From NCBI GenBank assembly GCA_037441965.1, contig JBBIRD010000006.1, forward strand, positions 1 through 51,638: a stretch of 51,638 bases of DNA. The letters are read 5' to 3'. The notes beneath the pieces were generated by a model, which did not search any database, was not told where the DNA came from, and saw only the letters and a program-made list of their open reading frames with translations. The translations under genes and the position numbers were made by a program. Below, piece after piece: positions 1 through 7,491 of the stretch. The first letter of the stretch is position 1. Every line of letters starts with the position of its first letter. This DNA is from Candidatus Moraniibacteriota bacterium (GTDB lineage: Bacteria > Patescibacteriota > Minisyncoccia > Moranbacterales > UBA1568).

Positions 1-1392
1 CTCAAGTCTGGAACAACAACGGCTGGCACCAAAGCGTCGAGTTCGCATACTGGTGCACTTGCAGGAAGTGATGACGCATATACAGCACTTTTCAAACAAG
101 CGCGTATCATACGAGCAGAAAGTTTTGAGAATCTTATCGATCTTCTCAATGTTTTTTCTCACAATACTCTTCCAGAAAACAATCGTATTGCTATCGTCAC
201 GAATGCTGGAGGGTTAGGTGTTCTTGCGACCGATTCGGCAATCGAAAGTGGCCTACGCATTGCAACATTAAACGAAGAAACAAAAACAAAACTCCGCGAT
301 ACTCTCCCTCCTTCTGCAAGTGTCAATAATCCTGTTGATGTTTTAGGTGATGCTCTTGCTGATCGTTATCAATATACGCTAGAAAAAGTAGTGCAAGATG
401 AAGGTGTTGATATGATACTTGTTATTGTAACACCGCAAACAATGACAGAAGATGTGAAAACTGCGGAAGCCATCATAGCTATCAAAAAACATTACCACAA
501 ACCTATTGTTGCCGTCTTTGCTGGCAAAGCGTCTTTCTCTGCTGGTATCGAACTTCTGAAACAGAATGATGTTTCGGTATTTTCTTATCCAGAATCTAGT
601 ATGAAAGCTCTCGGAGCGCTGGCGAAAGTAACCCAGTGGCGAACAACACTCAATGTGCCAAATATCATTTTAGATAATATCAATAAAGAAAAAGCATCTG
701 CGATACTTACAAAAGTACACAATGACGGACGAATCTCTCCAACAGAGAAAGAAACCAGTGAAATCCTTCGAAGTTATGGTTTTCCGTTTTTCGCAACATA
801 CGAAGTAACAACAAAAGAAGAAGCGATCAATGCAGGACGAATTATCGGAAAAAAAATAGCTCTCAAAATTGTATCTCCAGACATCATTCATAAATCTGAT
901 GCGGGTGGTGTTATTCTTGGTGTCGATCCAACACATATTGGAGAAGCATACGATACACTGATGGCAACCGTGAAAAAAAATGTTCCTGATGCAAGGATAG
1001 ACGGTGCACTCGTTGTCGAAATGGCAGAAAAAGGAGGGAAAGAACTTCTACTCGGACTCAAGAAAGAACCAGGACTCGGCACACTTCTCGTCTTCGGTCT
1101 TGGTGGTATCTATGTTGAAACATTGAAAGATGTCACAATGCGTTTTATTCCACTTGTAGAATCTGACATCGAAGAAATGTTGTACGAACTCAAGACCTCT
1201 GCCCTGCTCACAGGAGTACGCGGTGAGGCAAGTATGGATATAAAATATCTCAAAGAGATGCTAATGCGTCTTGCAAAATTTGCTATCGATTTTCCTGAAG
1301 TCGAAGAGCTCGATATCAATCCTCTCCTCGTTTTCTCCAAGAAAGAGAACTTCCGTGTTCTCGATGCTCGTATCCGTCTGAGTAAAAAATAA
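1..1392 (+). CDS. ADP-forming acetate-CoA ligase (fused alpha/beta, ATP-grasp), 5'-truncated by window edge
   Basis: Frame is open from base 1 (LKSGTT..ASSSHTGALAGSD, IVTNAGGLGVLATD, NPVDVLGDA) and continues into the 391..1392 ORF with HKSDAGGV, FGLGGIYVE and ELDINPL motifs. Confidence 0.9.
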   Translation, partial: LKSGTTTAGTKASSSHTGALAGSDDAYTALFKQARIIRAESFENLIDLLNVFSHNTLPENNRIAIVTNAGGLGVLATDSAIESGLRIATLNEETKTKLRDTLPPSASVNNPVDVLGDALADRYQYTLEKVVQDEGVDMILVIVTPQTMTEDVKTAEAIIAIKKHYHKPIVAVFAGKASFSAGIELLKQNDVSVFSYPESSMKALGALAKVTQWRTTLNVPNIILDNINKEKASAILTKVHNDGRISPTEKETSEILRSYGFPFFATYEVTTKEEAINAGRIIGKKIALKIVSPDIIHKSDAGGVILGVDPTHIGEAYDTLMATVKKNVPDARIDGALVVEMAEKGGKELLLGLKKEPGLGTLLVFGLGGIYVETLKDVTMRFIPLVESDIEEMLYELKTSALLTGVRGEASMDIKYLKEMLMRLAKFAIDFPEVEELDINPLLVFSKKENFRVLDARIRLSKK

Positions 1393-1400
1393 TACAAAGA

Positions 1401-1438
1401 AAAAAGGTATACCAGAAGATTCTCTGGTATACCTTTTT
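1401..1438. terminator. Bidirectional intrinsic terminator
   Basis: 16-bp inverted repeat aaaaaggtataccaga/tctggtataccttttt between convergent genes. Confidence 0.85.
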
Positions 1439-1545
1439 GTAATTGTGCCTTTATTCTAACGATAAAGGCTTTTTAGCAATAGGAGTAAAACCAATCCTAT
1501 TGCCAGCAACATTCCGGTTTCGAATTTGATTTTCATCATATTCTC

Positions 1546-1938
1546 CTACCGGTTTTTTGAGAAGTTTACCACCGTAGTGATAACCTCCTCAATCGACTGA
1601 ACGAGTGCCTTACTCGCGTACATTCTCTCTTTATGAGAACTCGAAAGCCAGCACTCTATAAGGAACCCTCGCTCCACGGTATACACCGTACATTTCCCCG
1701 GGTTCACACCATCACTTCCTGGAAGAAGCGGACGCCAGTCATTTTGCATCACACTTCGCTCGAGCGCCAGATAGCGCTTCTGGTATGGAACTGATGTGAC
1801 CAGTTCCACTGCCACCAATTTTTCTGCCTTTTCAAAGACAGGAAAGAAAGTGATAGCCACATTGTTTCCTTTCTCCTGTGCCCACACAGAGCTCAGAAAA
1901 ACAAAATACATAAAACAAAAAATATATCGAGTAATCAT
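1546..1938 (-). CDS. Hypothetical exported protein
   Basis: ATG at 1938 follows AAGGAG. N-terminus MITRYIFCFMYFVFLSSVWA-QE looks like a Sec signal peptide. No recognised family. Confidence 0.65.
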   Translation of the reverse strand: MITRYIFCFMYFVFLSSVWAQEKGNNVAITFFPVFEKAEKLVAVELVTSVPYQKRYLALERSVMQNDWRPLLPGSDGVNPGKCTVYTVERGFLIECWLSSSHKERMYASKALVQSIEEVITTVVNFSKNR

Positions 1939-2003
1939 TTCTGATCTCCTTTTGATTGTGTTGACGAACGAAGAAAAAGAAAAAACGCCCATGCTCGACC
2001 CAT
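1935..2003 (-). CDS. Putative 22-aa leader ORF (MGRAWAFFLFLRSSTQSKGDQK)
   Basis: AAGGAG lies 7 nt before the ATG, and the TGA stop overlaps the downstream ATG (ATGA). Confidence 0.35.
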   Translation of the reverse strand: MGRAWAFFLFLRSSTQSKGDQK

Positions 2004-2046
2004 AGAATACTCCTTTTTTTAAAAAACTTCAAAAATACAGATTTCT

Positions 2047-2075
2047 ATTATACCATCTTTTTTCTTTTTTGTAAA
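2047..2075 (-). promoter_or_regulatory. Sigma70-type promoter
   Basis: TTTACA-17 nt-TATAAT with TG extension. Confidence 0.65.
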
Positions 2076-2092
2076 GAGTATAAAATAAACAG

Positions 2093-2131
2093 AAAAAAAC
2101 GCTGTCAACTTTGTTAAAGTGAACAGCGTTT
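2093..2131 (-). terminator. Intrinsic terminator
   Basis: Imperfect hairpin aaacgctgtcaacttt/aaagtgaacagcgttt with a T-run on the minus strand, just after the TAA at 2137. Confidence 0.7.
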
Positions 2132-2136
2132 CTAAC

Positions 2137-2583
2137 TTAATACCGAAGACATCCCTGTTTGTCATCAGGCACTGCAGTCCGTCCTGTCATCGCCAGACTC
2201 GTGATGTCAGACCACATCAGTGTTCCGTCTTTCAGTTTCAGATGAAACTGAACACAATCATTGGTAACCGTGTTTGAAACGGATACAATGCCTGTGGCAT
2301 AGTTTGGGACTATGCACCGTGTTGATGAATCCCCCTAACCGAGATTATCCGAATCAACGCAGACAGATGCGATATCCAAAAGGCGAACTGCTTTATTTGC
2401 AGGAAGGAATCCTATCACATTCTGTTCTCCTGCGGGCCAAAGTGTAACAATCATTGTATCTTGTCCGATACTCACTTGCGTACTATGAAATGATCCTGAT
2501 GGATCAGACCCTCCCCCTCCACCACAAGCAGTAATCATTGTGATGACTATCATCATCAAAAACGAAGAAAAACGATTAACCAT
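2137..2583 (-). pseudogene. Lipoprotein gene interrupted by one in-frame TAG (2335-2337); nonsense allele, read-through or base error
   Basis: SD AAGGAG plus ATG at 2583; lipobox-like ITAC-GGGGGS. The frame continues 65 codons past the TAG (GDSSTRCIVPNYATG...GCLRY) to a TAA at 2137, followed by a terminator. Confidence 0.7.
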
Positions 2584-2655
2584 TTTACACTCCTTAAAAT
2601 TGTGAAAGATCTTTGTTATCTTTTTGAGAACACTCCGTTCAAAAAATAACTCATA

Positions 2656-2684
2656 TTTATACAACAGAAGTAAATTTTTGTAAA
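2656..2684 (-). promoter_or_regulatory. Sigma70-type promoter
   Basis: TTTACA-17 nt-TATAAA. Confidence 0.5.
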
Positions 2685-2696
2685 GCCAATAGTTCG

Positions 2697-3878
2697 TTAT
2701 GTATGGGAGATTAGAGATCGAGCAACTTCTTCAAATCGTTTCAAATACACCATCTCACCAAATCTTTCATTGGTCTTTTCTTGTATCAATGAGGCTAAGA
2801 AAGTATCTTTTCCTGAGAAAAAATCTTGTATATGTTGTTCAAGTATTGTTTCATCGGAGGCAAGATATCCATTTTCTCCGTCTATTACAATCTCCTGAAA
2901 AGCTCCTGTTTTCATTCCAAAAAATGGTTTTCCAAAACTCCCCGCTTCCAGCGCTAGAAGCCCAAAAGTTTCCGGAAGCGTTGAACCACTTACAACACAT
3001 AATGCCCCCTGTATCAGTTTCTCCATCTGATCCTTCGTCTGCTTGCCTACAAAGGTAACATACTTACTTTTTGGCACAACAAAATGATCCTCATATGATC
3101 CAGCCAATATAAGTGGGATACGAAGTTTTTCAAAAGTGCGTATCAACACATCGACACCCTTCTCTGTGGTGATGCTACCACCATAGAGAGCATATTGGTT
3201 CGCTTCATTTGTCACTTGAGAAAAATTTTTCATTGGTTCTGATACGAAGTGTGGGATAACAACTATTTTTGCTTCTTTCATTCCCGCCTCCATCAGAACA
3301 CCTTTTACATACAAACTCGGCACGATATATATATCAATATTTTTTTCATAAAACCCCATCCAATGCTCCCAGTATTTTTTCAACACAAGAAGCACTCGTT
3401 TTACAAAATGATGTTTTTTCACAAAAAGAAACTTCCAATATCGTTTTCCGATTTCTGAATAATACCTATCTTTATCCGGAGAAATAAGATGGTAGTCGTG
3501 TACAGTCATAACAATCGGAATACCTGCGGATTTGATCGGACCTAGAATCGAAGGTGAGAGTTGATGATAGATATTGTGTATATGGACGATATCTGGTCGA
3601 CGATCGTGTATCAGATGTTTCATTTTTCTTCGTGCCTCGAAAGACCAAAAGAGTCTTCCTATGCCTATAATCTTTTGAAGAAATGTCGAATCATCTTTGT
3701 TGTAACCAACATAACTCACTTGATATTTTGCATCATTTTCAAAACCATTTCTCTTATAATCCATTGCAAACAAAGAAACTGTATGACCATTTTTTTTAAG
3801 TAAATCAATTACATCCAAAAAATGTCGTTCTGCGCCACGACGCAAATAAGCATATTTATTGACTTCTATAATCTTCAT
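2697..3878 (-). CDS. Glycosyltransferase family 4 (GT-B)
   Basis: RGAER N-terminus, PDIVHIHN, TVHDY, EKG and ETFGLLALEA motifs. Confidence 0.9.
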   Translation of the reverse strand: MKIIEVNKYAYLRRGAERHFLDVIDLLKKNGHTVSLFAMDYKRNGFENDAKYQVSYVGYNKDDSTFLQKIIGIGRLFWSFEARRKMKHLIHDRRPDIVHIHNIYHQLSPSILGPIKSAGIPIVMTVHDYHLISPDKDRYYSEIGKRYWKFLFVKKHHFVKRVLLVLKKYWEHWMGFYEKNIDIYIVPSLYVKGVLMEAGMKEAKIVVIPHFVSEPMKNFSQVTNEANQYALYGGSITTEKGVDVLIRTFEKLRIPLILAGSYEDHFVVPKSKYVTFVGKQTKDQMEKLIQGALCVVSGSTLPETFGLLALEAGSFGKPFFGMKTGAFQEIVIDGENGYLASDETILEQHIQDFFSGKDTFLASLIQEKTNERFGEMVYLKRFEEVARSLISHT

Positions 3879-3882
3879 ACGA

Positions 3883-5358
3883 TTATACTGTTTTAAGGGT
3901 GTATTTTTTTGAGAGAAATAAGAGAGTATTTATCATTCCTAATGTTATCCAGAAAAAAATACCCATCAAATTGGTTTCCAAATATGGTTGTGCTAGAAAA
4001 ACAATCACTTGATACACTACAATAGTAAGCAGAGCGATTCGAAGACCAACAAGAAATGGTAACGAAAGAGAGGCTCGAAATGTTTTGAAACTAAGTGAAA
4101 AAAGAAACAGAAAGAAAAGAAGGAAATTCACTATCCCCATTTGTACAAGAAGAGCAAGCCACGAATTATGGATATTGCGTATCTCAATAAAATCACGATA
4201 ATCCCCTGATTCAACCGGTATACGCACTCCAAATCCAAGTCCTAAAAAGGGACTCTCTGATAGTGCGATAAAAGCACTCCCCCATGTCGATCCACGCCAA
4301 GAAATGCTCGTATCAGTATTGCTCCCAATAGACGAGAAACGAGTTGATACCGCCTCTACAATCGACTGAGTGAAATGACCGAGAGTACTCTGAGGAACTG
4401 CCAGCGTTAAAAAAAGCGAAGTAAAAAAAAGAATACTACTAAAGAGGAAAGTAATAAGAAACATACTCCTCACTCTTGAACGAAGTACTCGGTCAAAAAG
4501 CACTAGATACGAAAAACAAAGCGCAAAAAACATCCCAATCCACATATGGCGCATCAGAGAACCAATGATACCAAAAAGAAATAAAAGAAGTATAAGATAG
4601 AGTAATGATCGATATTTTGCTGTTGCCCAAAAAGTCTCTGTAACCAGCAAACCAAGTAATGCGAGAGAAAAATAAAATGCGTGCGGAAAAGCCAGAATAC
4701 GCACCCCGGAAGTAGAAAGCGGAGTAAATTCAGTCCACAATCCTTCACCACGCACAACACCTATTCCTAAGAAAATAAGCGCGCAGAGAACCGAGAGAAT
4801 AAAATAACGCACAAGACGCTTCACGGAAGCAACATCATCAAATATCTGCGGAAGAAAGAAAAAAATCATTCCATAAAAAACATAATTCTTCCATGTACTG
4901 AAAGCTGTCGTAACACTCTGACTCCCAAATCCAATCATACTTGAAAGAAAATAAACTGTTGTTATAAAAAAGAAAAATAACAGAAGAATATTTGTTGTAT
5001 TGATAATAAACATTCTCTTCTGATGAATCATCTGTATGAAAGTTCCTAAATACACACCGAGAAGTACAATATCAAGAGAATAAAGTTTCACAACATAAGT
5101 ACCAAACTGAATACCTTCAAGAGTAAAAAATCTTTCAAAGAGAATAGTCAGAAAAAGAATACTCCATACTCCTCCTCGTGGACTGATGAGTGCAACAAAA
5201 AACATCGGGATCATCAATAAAGCAATATACCCTGGAAGAAAGCCAAATATCATCCTAAAAACAAAAAGAAAGAGAAAGCACAAACTAATCAAAAGAAAGG
5301 CAGTGTCATCTCTTGTCATTCTCGAATTTATTTTTTGAAATATATTTTCTTCTCGCAT
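3883..5358 (-). CDS. O-antigen ligase/Wzy_C family polytopic membrane protein
   Basis: More than 10 hydrophobic segments with SISWR...W, PFLGLGFG and NIHNSWLALLVQMGI motifs. Start moved to the ATG at 5358 because the longer ORF begins inside the tandem repeat. Confidence 0.8.
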   Translation of the reverse strand: MREENIFQKINSRMTRDDTAFLLISLCFLFLFVFRMIFGFLPGYIALLMIPMFFVALISPRGGVWSILFLTILFERFFTLEGIQFGTYVVKLYSLDIVLLGVYLGTFIQMIHQKRMFIINTTNILLLFFFFITTVYFLSSMIGFGSQSVTTAFSTWKNYVFYGMIFFFLPQIFDDVASVKRLVRYFILSVLCALIFLGIGVVRGEGLWTEFTPLSTSGVRILAFPHAFYFSLALLGLLVTETFWATAKYRSLLYLILLLFLFGIIGSLMRHMWIGMFFALCFSYLVLFDRVLRSRVRSMFLITFLFSSILFFTSLFLTLAVPQSTLGHFTQSIVEAVSTRFSSIGSNTDTSISWRGSTWGSAFIALSESPFLGLGFGVRIPVESGDYRDFIEIRNIHNSWLALLVQMGIVNFLLFFLFLFSLSFKTFRASLSLPFLVGLRIALLTIVVYQVIVFLAQPYLETNLMGIFFWITLGMINTLLFLSKKYTLKTV

Positions 5359-5401
5359 ATATGAGAAATATTCCTTAAGCAATAAACAATTGCAAAAATT
5401 T

Positions 5402-5670
5402 TTTGGAATTTTTATGAAGTCTGACGAAAAATGTGTTTCAGAAAAATTACAAAAGTTTTTTAGGGAGCCATTCAGCAAAATTGCTTTGATGTGGATCGTC
5501 TAAAAACTCTTTGGAATTTTTATGAAGTCTGATAAGAAATGCGTTTCAGAAAAATTACAAAAGTTTTTTAGGGAGCCATTCAGCAAAATTGCTTTGATGT
5601 GGATCGTCTAAAAACTCTTTGGAATTTTTATGAAGTCTGACGAAAAATGTGTTTCAGAAAAATTGCAAAA
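5402..5670. repeat. Intergenic tandem repeat, 108-bp unit, about 2.5 copies
   Basis: ggaatttttatgaagtctga starts at 5405, 5513 and 5621; units are nearly identical. Confidence 0.95.
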
Positions 5671-5676
5671 AAGTAT

Positions 5677-5710
5677 GGTGGATTCCTCTGTTATTTCAGA
5701 AGAACCCACC
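5677..5710 (-). terminator. Probable terminator hairpin
   Basis: ggtggattcctctg/cagaagaacccacc just downstream of the stop at 5719, with a T-run nearby on the minus strand. Confidence 0.55.
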
Positions 5711-5718
5711 AACTTCAT

Positions 5719-6612
5719 TTAGTACGGAATGTTCTGTTTTTTCCCACAAAACATCCCATTTTTGATCGCCCCTTCGTATTGTGCTTTCACGATACGAGCG
5801 ATCATTCCTTGATAGCCCCGCTTCAGCTCGGACTGTTCATCCCAGCCTTTATTAGAGGCTTGAACTGAAATCAGGACATCAGAGGTGGCGCTCATTGCCG
5901 TCGAGAACCAGTCAAGTGTCACTCCAAACCGACCATTACTGATCAATTTTTCAGAGAACGACAACTCTGGGTTCTCACGAGCCACACTCCTTACGAATTG
6001 CTCCGCAATCGGTGTCCTGATGTCATACGGAAGCGCTTTCACACGCACCGTATTCCAATTCGCAAACACCGAAGCGAGTCCTTCCTTGCCACCCGTCGCA
6101 ACCTTCTTCAGTCGCGACAACTCTGTACCGGCAGAGAGTACGACTGATTTCCGATATACACTATCGGAAACGAGTTTCTCTGGTGTCTCAAGAGCGATCT
6201 CTTTTCCATAGAGATCAAAAAGTCTTGAAAAACGAGTACTCGCAAAAGCGCCCACAATCGTCTCATCAGGATTTCCCTCAACGATGAGTACAAGCCTCAG
6301 AGCACACTCGGCGTACCCGGTGTACAACGCTTGAGCCGGATATTCTTTTCCGGTTATTTTCCCAAACGCCATTGCATTGTAACGCATCCGCAGTGGATGC
6401 ATTTCCGCAAACAATCCGTCAGGAAAAGTCCCAAGCACAGCCGTGAAGTCTCCTTCACGAATCGCCAAAGTTTCCTTGATCCCGATAAAACTAATCGGAT
6501 CAAGTGATACTTCAGTTTTGGTACCGTCCTCAACCGCGACCGACATAGTGTTACCACCAAGCGTCGCACACCCTGAAAGCAAAAGTGCTAACAGAAAAAA
6601 TATGATTCGCAT
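5719..6612 (-). CDS. Hypothetical lipoprotein
   Basis: MRIIFFLLALLLSGC lipobox; GGAGGTG SD; 297 aa; higher GC than flanks. Confidence 0.8.
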   Translation of the reverse strand: MRIIFFLLALLLSGCATLGGNTMSVAVEDGTKTEVSLDPISFIGIKETLAIREGDFTAVLGTFPDGLFAEMHPLRMRYNAMAFGKITGKEYPAQALYTGYAECALRLVLIVEGNPDETIVGAFASTRFSRLFDLYGKEIALETPEKLVSDSVYRKSVVLSAGTELSRLKKVATGGKEGLASVFANWNTVRVKALPYDIRTPIAEQFVRSVARENPELSFSEKLISNGRFGVTLDWFSTAMSATSDVLISVQASNKGWDEQSELKRGYQGMIARIVKAQYEGAIKNGMFCGKKQNIPY

Positions 6613-6650
6613 GATGACACCTCCAAAAAAATGAAAAGAACCAGCTCTTT

Positions 6651-6720
6651 GGCATCATTTCTGATACCGCGGGCAGAAGAATAAATCATCACTCTTCCGC
6701 CCGCCATATCACAAAATACC
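6651..6720 (-). promoter_or_regulatory. Long 5'-leader RNA hairpin
   Basis: GCGGGCGGAAGAGUGA/UUAUUCUUCUGCCCGC forms a 16-bp stem whose G-U pairs only work on the minus strand; flanks extend the pairing. Confidence 0.55.
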
Positions 6721-6749
6721 TGCTATTTTATTTTCATATTTGACCACAT

Positions 6750-6778
6750 ATTATACTCTATTTTCGCATAAAAGTCAA
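6750..6778 (-). promoter_or_regulatory. Sigma70-type promoter
   Basis: TTGACT-17 nt-TATAAT. Confidence 0.8.
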
Positions 6779-6779
6779 G

Positions 6780-6810
6780 AGCCCACAGATTCCATTTGGA
6801 ATTGTGGGCT
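6780..6810 (-). terminator. Terminator-like hairpin
   Basis: agcccacagattcca/tggaattgtgggct just after the stop at 6825. Confidence 0.6.
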
Positions 6811-6824
6811 ATTATTGTGGTCAG

Positions 6825-7205
6825 CTATTTCAAGCTAACTTCGAGGGCGCAGCCCTCTTTCGATTTCCGGCATTCTTGCCGGACGCCCTTCATCCCGAAG
6901 CCGTTGCCGGCTGGGGTGATGAGGAGCCACTTCCCAGACCCATCACGGATCTGGAAACGGCCGCCGTTTTCCGACACCTTGGTCAAGATGCCAGAACCGT
7001 TCTTCAACTCCAAGGAACGAATTCCTTGGTGTTGAAAATGCACCAAAGTGGTCGCGGCCGGGATGCCTGTGACCGTGATGGTCACGTCATCACCAGCGCG
7101 CGTGGCGGTGATGTTTCCGCCCGAGACCGCGAAGGTCTCGGCAGAAGCGTTTACTGCAACCAGGGCGGCTGCAGCGAAAAGGAAAGAAAGAACTTTGTGC
7201 ATCAT
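6825..7205 (-). CDS. Hypothetical small secreted protein
   Basis: AAGGAGGTG SD before ATG 7205; signal peptide MMHKVLSFLFAAAALVAVNASA-E; beta-rich mature part; markedly GC-rich codons. Confidence 0.8.
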   Translation of the reverse strand: MMHKVLSFLFAAAALVAVNASAETFAVSGGNITATRAGDDVTITVTGIPAATTLVHFQHQGIRSLELKNGSGILTKVSENGGRFQIRDGSGKWLLITPAGNGFGMKGVRQECRKSKEGCALEVSLK

Positions 7206-7284
7206 ACACCTCCTTAGTGTCGCACGGGTTTTATCGAACAGAGATATTCGTTCGACAGTCCACAAGGAATTTTGTAGACTCCAT

Positions 7285-7313
7285 ATCATACATCCAAAGA
7301 CGAATTTTGTCAA
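7285..7313 (-). promoter_or_regulatory. Sigma70-type promoter
   Basis: TTGACA-17 nt-TATGAT. Confidence 0.75.
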
Positions 7314-7491
7314 TAGGCAAAAATATCTCAAAAAGAAAAAGGGACGATCGCATTGTTATGCAATCATCCCTTCTATTCGATGACGAAAAAACTTTTTCTC
7401 TGTACCAGGCCTGATATCTCGTATGCTTTCACATTGACGGATACACTTTTTATACACCTTAGATAGAGATGAAGTCTTTGACGAACCACTG

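Noticed and set aside
2335-2337. Pyrrolysine codon
   Set aside because: No pyl genes in the window, TAG ends many other genes, and the protein is not a methylamine methyltransferase.
5359-5478. N-terminal extension of the O-antigen ligase ORF
   Set aside because: It starts at a TTG within the tandem repeat; the ATG at 5358 is more plausible.
5402-5670. CRISPR array
   Set aside because: Units are near-identical over their whole length with no unique spacers, and there are no cas genes in the window.
6804-7217. 137-aa plus-strand ORF
   Set aside because: Antisense shadow of the GC-rich gene at 6825-7205, which has promoter, SD and signal peptide.
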